Shown here piece by piece: positions 1 through 10,750 of a stretch of DNA of 64,000 nucleotides. The notes beneath the pieces were generated by a model, which saw nothing but the letters and a program-made list of their open reading frames with translations, did no database searches and was not told the DNA's origin. The stretch comes from Candidatus Versatilivorator sp. Its GTDB lineage: Bacteria; Acidobacteriota; Terriglobia; Versatilivoradales; Versatilivoraceae. How positions within the stretch are numbered: the stretch's first letter is position 1; every line of letters starts with the position of its first letter. A program made the translations under genes and the position numbers. Location: positions 2,528,001 through 2,592,000 of the forward strand of contig OZ242296.1 of the NCBI GenBank assembly GCA_965207735.1. The letters are read 5' to 3'.

Positions 1-1
1 G

Positions 2-931
2 CCCCCCGGCGGGTGGCCCGAGATCGGTTCGGTCATTTCCAAGCTGGAAGGGTCCACCCATCCGGCTGTGCCTCCCTACGTGAACCTCACCCCCAAAATG
101 AGGCACCGGCCCTACAATTTCGGACACCCCAGCTTCCTGGGAGTGGCGCACACCCCATTCCGCCCCGAGGGCGATACCCTCAGGGACATGACCCTTCAAG
201 GCATCAGCCTGGAGCGGCTGTCGGACCGCCGGGCGCTGCTTCAGAGCTTTGACCGCTTCCGCCGGGATACCGACCGGAGCGGGAGGATGAAAGGTCTGGA
301 TGCCTTCAACCAGCAGGCCTTCGACGTCCTGACCTCCAGCCGGCTCCTGGAAGCCCTGGATCTGGAGAAGGAAGATCCGCGCATCCGCGAACGCTACGGA
401 GAGGGAACCGCGCAGCATCAGGGGGACGCCGCCCCACGTCTGATGGGGCAGTTCCTGCTGGCGCGCAGGCTGGTGGAGGCCGGAGTTCGCTGCGTCACCG
501 TCAGCTTCAGTTTCTGGGATTGGCACGGCGGCAATTTCAAGCGGGGGCGGGACAACCTGCCGCCCTTCGACCAGGGGGTCAGCGCCCTGGTGGAGGACCT
601 GCATCAACGCGGGTTGGACAAGGACGTCACGGTGATTGCCTGGGGCGAGTTCGGCCGCACTCCCAAGATCAACAAGGATGGGGGGCGGGACCACTGGCCG
701 CGGGTATCCAGCGCCCTGATGGCGGGCGGGAGCATGCGCACCGGACAGGCGATCGGGACCACCAATCGACTGGGAGAAGAACCCAAGGAGCGCCCGATTC
801 ACTTCCAGGAAGTCTTCTCCACCCTCTACCACAACCTGGGCATCGACGCCGCCAGGACCCATATCACCGATCTGAACGACCGGCCGCACTTCCTGGTCGA
901 CGGCTACCGCCCCTTGCCGGAAGTCATTTGA
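2..931 (+). CDS. DUF1501 domain protein, 5'-truncated by the window edge
   Basis: Frame is open from position 2 ([10 protein letters not shown]...). Motifs [18 protein letters not shown] and [17 protein letters not shown] are typical of DUF1501. Close paralog of 2292..3632. Confidence 0.9.
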   Translation, partial: PPGGWPEIGSVISKLEGSTHPAVPPYVNLTPKMRHRPYNFGHPSFLGVAHTPFRPEGDTLRDMTLQGISLERLSDRRALLQSFDRFRRDTDRSGRMKGLDAFNQQAFDVLTSSRLLEALDLEKEDPRIRERYGEGTAQHQGDAAPRLMGQFLLARRLVEAGVRCVTVSFSFWDWHGGNFKRGRDNLPPFDQGVSALVEDLHQRGLDKDVTVIAWGEFGRTPKINKDGGRDHWPRVSSALMAGGSMRTGQAIGTTNRLGEEPKERPIHFQEVFSTLYHNLGIDAARTHITDLNDRPHFLVDGYRPLPEVI

Positions 932-966
932 CTCCGGTGGGCGATTGAGTGCCGGAGGCTCGGGTT

Positions 967-1866
967 TCAGCTCTTGTCGTCCGTCTTCCTTCCATATAAC
1001 ACGTCAATCTCGGCCTTCAGTTGGTCCGCGCTTGCCTGAATCGCCTCGTCGGGGTGCTCCTGCAAGCTGGCGATCGTCAGGTTGAGCGCCTTGTCGGCCT
1101 GGTGCAGGAAGATGGAATAGTTCTTGACCTCGCTCAATCCCTCCCGGCCGAACAGCTTCTGGTTGTCCAGGATACATTGAGCCACCGTCAGAAGCGCCCG
1201 GCTCGGAACCAGCTCCACCGATCCCTCATCCAAGGTCGCGCGGGCCTGGGCCAGGTCCTCCCCCGAGTCCAGAAATCGGGCCAAGGTTCGGGCAATTCCC
1301 TTGGGAAGCTCGACGACTTCGACCTCCTCTTGCTGTTCCGAATCGAGCATCGTGCCGCTCCTCACCTCCTGCAACTGGTCCGGCCCCTGCTCCGAATCGT
1401 CGACCGGCCAGGACGATTCCAGGGCATAGGTGGATTCGGGCGAGTGCCTCTTCAGAAAGCGGTCGCAGGCCTGGTACAGGATCAGCGCCACACTCTTTCG
1501 CTTGCGGTGGTAGTTGAAAGCCATGGAGCGCAGCTTGCCGTACTGCTGGGGATCTGCTTCCATGCCGGCCAGGTAGGCATCGGCAATGTTGCGGAACCCA
1601 TCGCTCTGGCCGGCCAGCAGGACGATGTTCAGAAGCCGGGCTTTGGCGGCCTGTTCACTCTTGGGAAACCGCGTCTGCAGAGCCCCCGAGGAATCGAGCG
1701 CCTTTTCGTAACGCCCGTCCGCCACGGCTTTCTTAACCTCGGAAAAAAGATATTCCGGGGTGTTCCTGTCGACCTGAGACTCCTGGCTGCAGCCGGCGGC
1801 CGCCAGACAGACGATGGCGATCAGACTGGCACTGAGGCACGGGTGGAAAGATGTAGGAACTCTCAT
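967..1866 (-). CDS. Hypothetical lipoprotein, helical/TPR-like
   Basis: 299-aa ORF with hydrophobic N-terminus ending LAAAGC (lipobox-like) and GGAG upstream. Confidence 0.75.
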   Translation of the reverse strand: MRVPTSFHPCLSASLIAIVCLAAAGCSQESQVDRNTPEYLFSEVKKAVADGRYEKALDSSGALQTRFPKSEQAAKARLLNIVLLAGQSDGFRNIADAYLAGMEADPQQYGKLRSMAFNYHRKRKSVALILYQACDRFLKRHSPESTYALESSWPVDDSEQGPDQLQEVRSGTMLDSEQQEEVEVVELPKGIARTLARFLDSGEDLAQARATLDEGSVELVPSRALLTVAQCILDNQKLFGREGLSEVKNYSIFLHQADKALNLTIASLQEHPDEAIQASADQLKAEIDVLYGRKTDDKS

Positions 1867-2207
1867 TGGTCAACTCCTTCCATAACGGCTTGGGATGAGC
1901 CTCTGCCGGTTCCATGAAGCGCATCAGGTGAAATCGACAGGGCTGGAGGCTGTTCAGACTGTGCCGGCATGCGAACCCTCGAAGACGCCGAGGGAAACCC
2001 GTAGTACTGGCAAAATGCTGAAAATACACTATTTTCCGTCCACGACCAGCGATCCGCCGAGAAAATGCGGGCCAAGTCCAAGAGCCGGAAACTACCCCGC
2101 CCCGGGGTGCCTGACGTAAAAGCTGAACGGATGTTGAAACGATGTGAAAGGATTCTGACGGATTCCGGTAGCCGCGTCAACCCTTGGCGGGGCATTTGGT
2201 ATCTTTA

Positions 2208-2250
2208 CACTTCCGAGTCGGAAGTGATACATTACCGGGCACTGTATACA
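2208..2250. promoter_or_regulatory. Candidate operators upstream of the DUF1501 operon
   Basis: Palindrome CACTTCCGA-G-TCGGAAGTG (2208-2226) and TGTATACA (2243-2250) in the divergent intergenic region. Confidence 0.35.
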
Positions 2251-2291
2251 TTGGTTTGGATCAGGTAATCGTCTGGGGGAGGCTGAGAGCG

Positions 2292-3632
2292 ATGTTGACC
2301 ATATACGGGCAAGGTCATTCGATGTGCGACGGCATGTCGCGGCGAAATTTTATCCAGATCGGCGCGCTGGGAATGGGTGGACTGACCATGCCCCAGCTGC
2401 TCCAGGCGGAAAAGCAGTCCGGCCTGGGCCGGTCCGGCAAAGCCATCATCATGATTTACATGCCCGGCGGCCCCCCGCACCAGGACATGTACGAACTCAA
2501 GCCGGACGCCCCCTCGGAGATCCGCGGCGAATTTCAGGCCATCAAGACCAAAGTCCCGGGAATCCATGTCTGCCAGCACCTGCCTCGCCTGGCCAGGATC
2601 ATGGACAAGCTGGTGCTGGTTCGAACCGTGGTCGGAGCCGAAAATTCCCACTCCTCCTACCAGTGCATGACCGGGCGCATCAGCGGCCGCAGGGGCAATC
2701 CTCCTCCGGGAGGCTGGCCGGAACTGGGATCGGTTCTCTCCAAGCTGAAGGGTCCCACCGATCCGGCCATTCCGCCCTACGTCAACCTGTCCCACAAGTC
2801 CCGCCACGGCGAGTACAACTTCGGTCGACCCAGTTTCCTGGGTGTGGCCCACACTCCCTTCAAGCCGCAGGGGGACATCAGAAACGACATGACCCTGAAT
2901 GGGGTCAGCCTGGAACGGCTTTCGGACCGCAGGCAGTTGCTGCAGAGCTTCGACCGGTTCCGCCGCGACGTGGACCGGACCGGTTTGATGGAGGGTCTGG
3001 ACAGCTTCCAGGAGCAGGCATTCGATGTCTTGACCTCCAGCCGGCTGCTCAAGGCCCTGGATGTCGAGCAGGAAAGCTCCAAGCTCCGCGACCGCTACGG
3101 CAGAGGCTCCCCCAAGCTGGAACGAGACGCGGCTCCCATGCACATGGACCAGTTCGTGGTGGCTCGCCGGTTGGTGGAGGCGGGTGTCCGCTGCGTGACG
3201 GTGAGCTTCGGGTATTGGGACTGGCACAGCGACAATTTCAAGAATGGGCGCTACTACCTCCCGGCCTTCGACCAGGGAGTCAGCGCCCTGGTGGAAGACC
3301 TCCATCAGCGAGGACTCGACAAGGATGTTTCGGTCATTGCCTGGGGTGAGTTCGGCCGCACTCCCAAGGTCAACAAGGATGCCGGCCGCGACCACTGGCC
3401 GCGCAACTCCTGCGCCCTGATGGCCGGAGGCGGCATGAGAGCCGGCCAGGCCATCGGTTCCACCAACCGACTGGGCGAGGAACCCAAGGAAAGACCGGTC
3501 CACGTTCAGGAGATCTTCGCCACGCTCTACCACAATCTGGGCATCGACGCCAACAAGACTCACATTACCGATCTTGCCGACCGCCCCCATTACCTGGTCG
3601 ACGGCCACATGCCCATGCCGGAAGTGATCTGA
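2292..3632 (+). CDS. DUF1501 domain protein with Tat-like leader
   Basis: Start moved to ATG 2292 (MLTIYG..CDGMSRRNFI). Motifs GGPPHQDMYELKP and [16 protein letters not shown]. Confidence 0.9.
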   Translation: MLTIYGQGHSMCDGMSRRNFIQIGALGMGGLTMPQLLQAEKQSGLGRSGKAIIMIYMPGGPPHQDMYELKPDAPSEIRGEFQAIKTKVPGIHVCQHLPRLARIMDKLVLVRTVVGAENSHSSYQCMTGRISGRRGNPPPGGWPELGSVLSKLKGPTDPAIPPYVNLSHKSRHGEYNFGRPSFLGVAHTPFKPQGDIRNDMTLNGVSLERLSDRRQLLQSFDRFRRDVDRTGLMEGLDSFQEQAFDVLTSSRLLKALDVEQESSKLRDRYGRGSPKLERDAAPMHMDQFVVARRLVEAGVRCVTVSFGYWDWHSDNFKNGRYYLPAFDQGVSALVEDLHQRGLDKDVSVIAWGEFGRTPKVNKDAGRDHWPRNSCALMAGGGMRAGQAIGSTNRLGEEPKERPVHVQEIFATLYHNLGIDANKTHITDLADRPHYLVDGHMPMPEVI

Positions 3633-3651
3633 TTACAAAGGTGGGTTAGCA

Positions 3652-6210
3652 ATGGTGACCATCCCTCGGTTCATCCTTCCCGGGGTCACCAGCCTGAGCC
3701 TGGCATTGGTCCTGCTTCTCCCGGTTGTTCCCGCACGGGGGCGAACCCCTCGGTCCACCCCTGCCTCCAATGCCAACTCGCTGGTAGCGTTGACCCTGGA
3801 GACCGGTCGGCCCGGTTCTCCCGATCCCGGCGCGGTGGCATGGCTGCGGGGTTCGGAAGCACGACAGCAGCTCCTGGCGACGGGACGCCTGCGCGATGGA
3901 AGCCTGGTGGACTACACTCGCCAGGTCCGCTACGAGTCCCGGCCTCCGGGTATCGTCTCCATCGACACGACCGGCTTCGTGACCCCGTTGGCCAACGGAT
4001 CGGTTCGGGTTACGGCAAGGCTCCCCCAGGGGCTTGCCGCCGGCACTCGCCTTGAGGTCCGAGAGATCGGCCAATCGAGGCGTGTCAACTTTCCCAACGA
4101 GATCGTTCCCATCTTCACCAAATCGGGATGCAACAGCGGCGGTTGCCACGGCAAGGCCTCGGGTCAAAACGGCTTCAGGCTGTCGCTCTTGGGCTTTGAG
4201 CCCCAGGACGATTTCGAGTATCTGGTCATCGAAGGACGAGGGCGCCGCCTGTTTCCGGCCGCGCCCGACCGGAGCCTGCTCCTGCTCAAGGCCACGGCGG
4301 CCGTCCCTCACGGCGGCGGCCTTCGGGTCGAACGGAACTCGCCGGCCTTCGACCTGCTCTCTCGCTGGATCAGGCAAGGCATGCCCTACGGAGGACCCAA
4401 TGACGCCAGCGTGGTGGGAATCCAGGTCCTTCCGGACCATCGGCTGATGTCTCGCCACCAGGAGCAGCAACTCCTGGTGACCGCAATCTATTCCGACGGT
4501 TCCAGCAAGGACGTGACCCGCCTCTGCCAGTACGAGTCCAACCAGAAAGAGCTGGCCGAGGCTAGCCCTTCGGGACTGGTGCGGGTCGGGGAACAGGCCG
4601 GTCAATCGGCGGTCATGGTCCGATTCCAGGACCGGGTGGCGGTCTTTCGAGTGACGGTCCCTTACGGCGGTCGGGTGCAGGAGGGACTACCGGCGGAAGG
4701 CTTCATCGACCGGTGGGTGCTCAGCAAGCTCCAGACGCTGGAACTGCCGCCGTCACAACCCTGCGACGACGCCACCTTTCTGCGCCGTACCTCCATCGAC
4801 ATCACCGGCCGCCTGCCCACCCCCGGCGAGGCCAAAGAGTTCATGGCGGACCCCGATCCCGACAAGCGCCGGAAGTGGGTCGATCAACTGCTGGCGAGTC
4901 CGGAATACGCCGACTATTTCGCCAACAAGTGGAACGCCATCCTGCGCAACAAACGGCGGGACCAGCGGTCGACTCGGGGCAATTTTCTGTTCCATGCCTG
5001 GATTCGCCGAAATCTCCTGGAAAACAAGCCCTACGACCAGTGGATGCAGGAGATCGTGACGGCTTCCGGGGAAATAGGCCGCAATCCGGCCGTGACCTGG
5101 TTCCGGGAGGTCAAGAGCGTCGAAGACCAGGTTCAGGACGCGGCCCAGATTTTCCTGGGCGTTCGGCTGCAGTGCGCCCGTTGTCATCACCATCCCTACG
5201 AACGATGGAGCCAGCAGGACTACTACGGGTTTGCCGCCTTCTTTTCCCGCCTGGCGCGCAAGCCGGGGACTCAAGCCGGGGAGGAGGTTATTTTCCATGA
5301 CCGCGGAACGGCAGCCGCCATCAATCCCAAGACCAAGCTGCCGGTGATGCCCACGGGGCTGGGCACGGATACCTTCGCCATCTCCCCCGACCAGGACCCG
5401 CGGCAAGTCCTGGCGGATTGGATGGCCGACAAGGACAACCCCTTCTTCGCTCGCATGCTGGTGAACCGCTACTGGAAGCATTTCATGGGACGCGGCCTGG
5501 TGGAACCGGAAGACGACATGAGAGGCACCAACCCCGCCACCAATCCGGACTTGCTGGATGCTCTCGCCAGCCATTTCATCCAAAGCGGATTCGACCTGAA
5601 GGAGCTGATCCGGACCATCTGTCAATCCAGGACCTATCAACTCAGTTCCCATCCCAATGACGAGAACGCGGATGACACTCAGAATTTTTCCAGGTACTAC
5701 CCCAAGCGGTTGACAGCCGAGGTCCTGCTGGACGCCATCGACCAGGTGACCGATGTCCAAACCGAATTCCCCGGGCAGCCCAGTGGAACGCGGGCCTTGC
5801 AGCTACCCGACGACAGCTTCAACGCCGACTCCTACTTCCTCACGTTGTTTGGCCGACCCAACAACGCCAGCGCCTCCGAGTCCGAGCGAACCCATGACGC
5901 CAACCTGGCCCAGAGCCTCCACCTGTTGAATTCTCGCAAGATCCATGAAAAGGTGAGCGATCCGCATGGGCGAGCCGCCCGTCTGGCCAACGATCCCAGT
6001 CTGACCGACGAAGAGAAGGTCCGGGAACTCTACCTGTGGACGTTGTCGCGGCTGCCCGAAGCGGAGGAAACGGAGATGGCATTGAGCTACATAAGAAAAA
6101 GGGCTCAAGCTTCGGAAGCCGCCGCGGCCTCGCACAACCGGTTGGAAGAGGCCTATCAGGATACCCTCTGGGCGCTGCTGAACACCAAAGAGTTCCTTTT
6201 CAACCATTGA
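3652..6210 (+). CDS. DUF1549/DUF1553 protein with Ig-like (Big_2) domains
   Basis: Signal peptide; CNSGGCHG..GQNGFRLSL, DDATFLRR..DITGRLP, CARCHHHP, VNRYW.HF.GRGLV, LLNTKEFLFNH. Confidence 0.9.
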   Translation: MVTIPRFILPGVTSLSLALVLLLPVVPARGRTPRSTPASNANSLVALTLETGRPGSPDPGAVAWLRGSEARQQLLATGRLRDGSLVDYTRQVRYESRPPGIVSIDTTGFVTPLANGSVRVTARLPQGLAAGTRLEVREIGQSRRVNFPNEIVPIFTKSGCNSGGCHGKASGQNGFRLSLLGFEPQDDFEYLVIEGRGRRLFPAAPDRSLLLLKATAAVPHGGGLRVERNSPAFDLLSRWIRQGMPYGGPNDASVVGIQVLPDHRLMSRHQEQQLLVTAIYSDGSSKDVTRLCQYESNQKELAEASPSGLVRVGEQAGQSAVMVRFQDRVAVFRVTVPYGGRVQEGLPAEGFIDRWVLSKLQTLELPPSQPCDDATFLRRTSIDITGRLPTPGEAKEFMADPDPDKRRKWVDQLLASPEYADYFANKWNAILRNKRRDQRSTRGNFLFHAWIRRNLLENKPYDQWMQEIVTASGEIGRNPAVTWFREVKSVEDQVQDAAQIFLGVRLQCARCHHHPYERWSQQDYYGFAAFFSRLARKPGTQAGEEVIFHDRGTAAAINPKTKLPVMPTGLGTDTFAISPDQDPRQVLADWMADKDNPFFARMLVNRYWKHFMGRGLVEPEDDMRGTNPATNPDLLDALASHFIQSGFDLKELIRTICQSRTYQLSSHPNDENADDTQNFSRYYPKRLTAEVLLDAIDQVTDVQTEFPGQPSGTRALQLPDDSFNADSYFLTLFGRPNNASASESERTHDANLAQSLHLLNSRKIHEKVSDPHGRAARLANDPSLTDEEKVRELYLWTLSRLPEAEETEMALSYIRKRAQASEAAAASHNRLEEAYQDTLWALLNTKEFLFNH

Positions 6211-6344
6211 ACCTCTTGCCGGGTTCGGCCCCTGCGCCAAACCGGTTGACGTCGGGCTGGGACGCCCATTCGCCGGCTGTTTTCCGGAATGGCCGGATCC
6301 GGTAGAGAGATGATCGACCCGCATCCGGAGGGGGAAAGTTCTCC

Positions 6345-9143
6345 ATGAAACCCGAGAATTCAAATTCGATGGCGCGGCTGCGATCGATGGCGCTGCTGTT
6401 GTTGGGAGCCGCCGGTCTCTGGCAGACGGCGGGAATGCCCGCTTGGGGCCAACTGCCTTTTCTGCGGCTGATGACGGCCTTCCCTTCCGGAGGAAAGCAG
6501 GCCTCGGCCGTTGAGGTCACCGTCACCGGCAACAACATGGACGGCGTCGACCGCCTCCTGTTTTCCCACTCGGGCATCACCGCCTCCCCTCTGATGAGCG
6601 AGAGCACCTTGCTTCAGCCGAATCCACGCCCGGTTCCCGGCAAGTTCACGGTCACCATCGCCCCCGACGTGCCCCCGGGAATCTACGAGTTGCGCATGGC
6701 GGGGCACTTCGGAGTGTCCAACGCTCGAGCCTTTATGGTCGGAGACCAGGAAGAATCGCTCTCGGAGGAAGACAATCACTCGCTGCCGAAGGCCATGAAG
6801 ATTCCTCTGGGAGTGACCGTCAACGGCCACAGCGATGAAGGCGCCGCCGATTTCTTCACCTTCGAAGCCGAGCAGGGACAGCGTATTGTTCTGAATGTGC
6901 TGGCCCAACGATTAGACTCCAAGCTGGATGCGACCCTGGCCATCTGCGACGCCTCGGGGCGAGAGATCTTGAGCGATCGGGATACCTACCGCCTCGACCC
7001 GTTCCTGGACTTCACTGCGCCGGCTGCCGGCCGGTACGTCGTCAAGATATTCGACTACCTCTATCGAGGCGGGCCCGAGTATGCCTACCGCCTGTCGGTG
7101 GGAACCCAACCGCATATCGCATACATCTTTCCGCCGGCGGGACCGCCCGGAAGTCGTCAACCTTACGTGCTTTACGGGCAAAATCTCCCCGGCGGCAAAC
7201 CCTCCTCCGTGCTCAACGCCCAAGGAATTCCCCTGGAGGAGAAAACCCTCGATATCACCCTCCCGCGGGACGCTCATCTGCTGCCTGCCAACTCCTTCCT
7301 GGAACCGAGACAGATTGTGGCGGGAGGAATCGACTATCGATTGAGTTCTTCCGAAGGTGTCTCGAACGCCGCCAACCTCGGTTTTGCCACGGCTCCCGTG
7401 GTCCGGGAAGTGGAACCCAACAACCATCCCGAGTCGGCCCAGAGGGTTGCCCTTCCCTGCGAGATCCAGGGGCAGTTTTTCCCCGCGGCCGACCAGGATT
7501 GGATCGTCTTCGAAGCCCAAAAGGGCGCCGGCTACTGGATTGAAGTCTTCTCGCATCGTCTGGGTCTGCCCACGGACCCCGTGGTGGTGCTGCAAAGATT
7601 GTCCATCGATGCGGAGGGCCGGGAGCAGCCGGAGTTGGTGACGAGAGCGGACGATGACAACTCCTTTCTGGGCGACGAGCGCTATAACACCGGAAGCCGC
7701 GACCCGATCTTCCACTTCAAGGCCGAGCATGACGGCCGCTACCGGCTCAAGATTCACGATCTGGCGGCCGCCCGGGAAAGCCGCCCCTCCCATCTCTACC
7801 GGCTGTCGATTCGGCAATCCGATCCCGACTTCCACCTGTTGGTGGCTACCGACGATCCCGGAGGCTCCAACGACGACGGCATCATCTGGGAACCCCTGCT
7901 GCGGTTGGGAGGAAAGACCCGCATGAACGTCATGGCCATCCGGCGCGACGGATTCGAGGGCGAGATCGATCTTGCGGTCAAGGGATTGCCCCCCGGGATC
8001 AGCTTCCCCGGCGCCACCATCCCGGAAACGAGCAACGGGACCTATCTCTACTTTGAGGCCTCTCCGGAGGCAGCCGGCTGGACCGGGACCGTGCAGGTGA
8101 TCGGCAGGTCAAGGATCGATGGCAGGGCGGTTGAGCGGCAGGCGCGCCACGTCACTCTGGTCTGGAACTCCGGCTCGCTGAGACAGGCGGGCGCCCAATC
8201 CCGGGTCGTTCGGAATCGAACCCTGGCGGTCAGCCGAAGCGAGTTGGCGCCCCAGCTTCCTGAGTTCCGGATCGAGAAACAGGCGTGGGATGTCCCTTTG
8301 GAAGGCAATTTGGAAATCCCCTTTCAACTCGCTCGTCGTTCCCTTCTGCCGGGCGAATTGAGGCTGCGCCTGGGAACGCTCGACGGGCTGAGGGAAGGCA
8401 CCACCAAGCTGGTGGTGGACGACAAGAGCAGCGAGGGAACGCTGGTCTACAAGGTCACCAAGCGCGGAAACGAGTTCAAACCCGGGAAATACACCTTTTC
8501 CGCGGTGGCGATGAGCCAAATGACCTATCGCAACCAACCCGAAGCGGTGGTGCAAGCACTTCAGGACACGGTGCGGCTGCAGAAACTGTCGGAACAGAAA
8601 TCGGCGATGGCCGGGCGAGCCACCGGGAAGGCATCTCCCCAATTCAGGGCGGAACTGGCCGCTCAAGCCAAGGAGGCCGAGAGGGCGCGCAGGGCAGCCG
8701 AGAAGCGCTTGCGGGAGGCGATTGCCAAGGCATCCCCTCGAAAAGTCAGGATGGCGGCCCATTCCAGAGCCCTGGATCTGACCATCCATCCCTCGCCCAT
8801 TCTCCTGACCACACGGGAGAGGGTGTGGCACACCCGGGCCGGGGCCAACCTGGAACTGCCCCTATCGATCGAGCGCCTGTTCAACTACACCGACCCGGTT
8901 GAGATCGGTCTTGAGGTTCCCATCCACATCGTCGGGATCGAGGCCGAGTCGGTGACGATTCCAAAGGGCGAGACGACCTCTTCCCTGTTTGTCCGGCTGG
9001 CTGCCGATCTGGACCCCGGCGACTATCCACTGAAGCTCGAGGCAACGCTTCAATTGAACGAGCAGGAGATTCAAGTGGAAGAACCGCTGACGATCCGCGT
9101 GCGCCCGGTTCGCAATCAGACCTCGCTCGGACACCGTCCATGA
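6345..9143 (+). CDS. Secreted PPC (pre-peptidase C-terminal) repeat protein associated with DUF1501/DUF1549
   Basis: Signal peptide; FPSGG and FPPAG starts, EVEPNN, DFFTFEA..GQ, DPFLDF.AP..GRY repeats; coiled-coil segment near the C-terminus. Confidence 0.8.
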   Translation: MKPENSNSMARLRSMALLLLGAAGLWQTAGMPAWGQLPFLRLMTAFPSGGKQASAVEVTVTGNNMDGVDRLLFSHSGITASPLMSESTLLQPNPRPVPGKFTVTIAPDVPPGIYELRMAGHFGVSNARAFMVGDQEESLSEEDNHSLPKAMKIPLGVTVNGHSDEGAADFFTFEAEQGQRIVLNVLAQRLDSKLDATLAICDASGREILSDRDTYRLDPFLDFTAPAAGRYVVKIFDYLYRGGPEYAYRLSVGTQPHIAYIFPPAGPPGSRQPYVLYGQNLPGGKPSSVLNAQGIPLEEKTLDITLPRDAHLLPANSFLEPRQIVAGGIDYRLSSSEGVSNAANLGFATAPVVREVEPNNHPESAQRVALPCEIQGQFFPAADQDWIVFEAQKGAGYWIEVFSHRLGLPTDPVVVLQRLSIDAEGREQPELVTRADDDNSFLGDERYNTGSRDPIFHFKAEHDGRYRLKIHDLAAARESRPSHLYRLSIRQSDPDFHLLVATDDPGGSNDDGIIWEPLLRLGGKTRMNVMAIRRDGFEGEIDLAVKGLPPGISFPGATIPETSNGTYLYFEASPEAAGWTGTVQVIGRSRIDGRAVERQARHVTLVWNSGSLRQAGAQSRVVRNRTLAVSRSELAPQLPEFRIEKQAWDVPLEGNLEIPFQLARRSLLPGELRLRLGTLDGLREGTTKLVVDDKSSEGTLVYKVTKRGNEFKPGKYTFSAVAMSQMTYRNQPEAVVQALQDTVRLQKLSEQKSAMAGRATGKASPQFRAELAAQAKEAERARRAAEKRLREAIAKASPRKVRMAAHSRALDLTIHPSPILLTTRERVWHTRAGANLELPLSIERLFNYTDPVEIGLEVPIHIVGIEAESVTIPKGETTSSLFVRLAADLDPGDYPLKLEATLQLNEQEIQVEEPLTIRVRPVRNQTSLGHRP

Positions 9144-10711
9144 CGCGGTTCCTCCAGTCCCCCCATTCCGCCCCCCGGCGCAGACGCCCGTCCAACCTGT
9201 CCGTACCGGGGCGTCCGGCGATTCTTTGGCTGGCCCTGCTCTGGATCGTTGCGGCCGCTCCCATCCGGGCTCAGCTCGAGGAGGACAAGGATGCGGACCC
9301 GGACGGAGCCATTCCCATCGCGGTTCCGGAACGGCAGGAGCCAGTCAGCTTCAACCGGGAACTCCTTCCAATCTTTCAGGCTAAATGCCTGGCCTGCCAC
9401 AGCAAGAGCCTGGCTCTTGGAAACGTGGTCCTGGAAGACAGGCAACTGATTCTCTCCGGCGATCGAGCAGAACCGCTGGTCGTTCCAGGCAACGGCGCCG
9501 ACAGCCTGTTGCTCCAGGTGGCCGCCCATCTCCGCCAACCCTTCATGCCGCCCGAAGGGAATGCCGCCGAGGCAGCGCCCCTGACCCCTGAAGAGCTCGG
9601 TCTCCTCAAACTGTGGATCGACCAGGGCGCCCGACAGAGCAGCACCACCAGTCTCTTACCCAGGCTGAAGTGGAAGGCCATTCCGGGAGCCTTGAACCCT
9701 GTCTACAGCGCCGCCATCAGTCCCGACGGCAACTACGCCGCCTGCGGACGCTCCAACCGGATTCTCGTTTACGACCTGGCCTCGGGCCAACTGGCGGCGC
9801 GGCTCATCGACCCCTCATTGAACCAGGGCGACCTCTATGGGGAACCGGGGGTCAGCCACCGGGATATGGTTCACTCGCTGGCCTTTAGCCCCAAAGGCGC
9901 CCTGCTGGTTTCGGGAGGCTACAGGACCCTGAAATTCTGGCGGCTGCAGACGTCGGGCCAGACGCCAAACCCGACTGAACCGCTTCAAGGCGAGCAGGAA
10001 GTATCCTGGGTGCTGGAGCGGGAGGTCGGATCGGCGGAAGATCCAGGGGAGCTGCTGGGCAGGGTAACGGCATTGGCCTTCAGTCCCGATGGCCAACTGC
10101 TGGCCACCGGAAGTGGAGACCCTTCCAGAAGCGGGGAACTCAAGATCTGGCATGCGCAGAATGGAACACTCGTGGGAGCCGCTAGCGATGCCCACAGCGA
10201 CACCATCCTCGGCCTCGAATTCTCGCCGGACGGCCGCTATCTGGCGACTGCCTCCACCGACCGATTTGCCAAAGTCTTCGAGGTCGAGAGCCGCCAATTG
10301 GCCAAGACCTTCGAGGGACACACCCACCACGTGCTGGACGTGGCCTGGAAAGCAGACGGCAAGATCCTGGCCACTTGCGGCGCCGACGGCGACATCAAGC
10401 TTTGGGATTTCGAAACGGGGGAACAGAAACAGACCATCAGCGGCTACGAGAAAGAGATTACTTCCCTGAGCTTTATCGCCGATAGCGACCGATTGTTGAT
10501 CAGTTCCGGGGATCCGGTCGTACGCCTGGGGGAACGACGGCTGGGCGGCGTGTCCTCCTTCGTCCACGTTTCGGCGGTGAGCAGGGATGGCCGGACGGTG
10601 GTGGCCGGAGATCAGGCCGGCCGCCTGCTGGTGTGGCGTTCCCCCGAGGTTCAGCCGCGCTTCGTGCTTGAGCCGGAGGCGGAACCAACTGCCGGCCCTT
10701 CCGGAAAGTAG
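9140..10711 (+). CDS. Planctomycete-type cytochrome c domain plus WD40 repeat protein
   Basis: SF...LPIFQAKCLACH heme motif, MPP..WIDQGA, then repeated FSPDG..LAT and GHTHHVLDVAW blades. The true start may be slightly downstream. Confidence 0.88.
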   Translation: MTRFLQSPHSAPRRRRPSNLSVPGRPAILWLALLWIVAAAPIRAQLEEDKDADPDGAIPIAVPERQEPVSFNRELLPIFQAKCLACHSKSLALGNVVLEDRQLILSGDRAEPLVVPGNGADSLLLQVAAHLRQPFMPPEGNAAEAAPLTPEELGLLKLWIDQGARQSSTTSLLPRLKWKAIPGALNPVYSAAISPDGNYAACGRSNRILVYDLASGQLAARLIDPSLNQGDLYGEPGVSHRDMVHSLAFSPKGALLVSGGYRTLKFWRLQTSGQTPNPTEPLQGEQEVSWVLEREVGSAEDPGELLGRVTALAFSPDGQLLATGSGDPSRSGELKIWHAQNGTLVGAASDAHSDTILGLEFSPDGRYLATASTDRFAKVFEVESRQLAKTFEGHTHHVLDVAWKADGKILATCGADGDIKLWDFETGEQKQTISGYEKEITSLSFIADSDRLLISSGDPVVRLGERRLGGVSSFVHVSAVSRDGRTVVAGDQAGRLLVWRSPEVQPRFVLEPEAEPTAGPSGK

Positions 10712-10750
10712 TCTGCCGGCTACCATCCCGTTCCATCCCGCGCCGACTCC

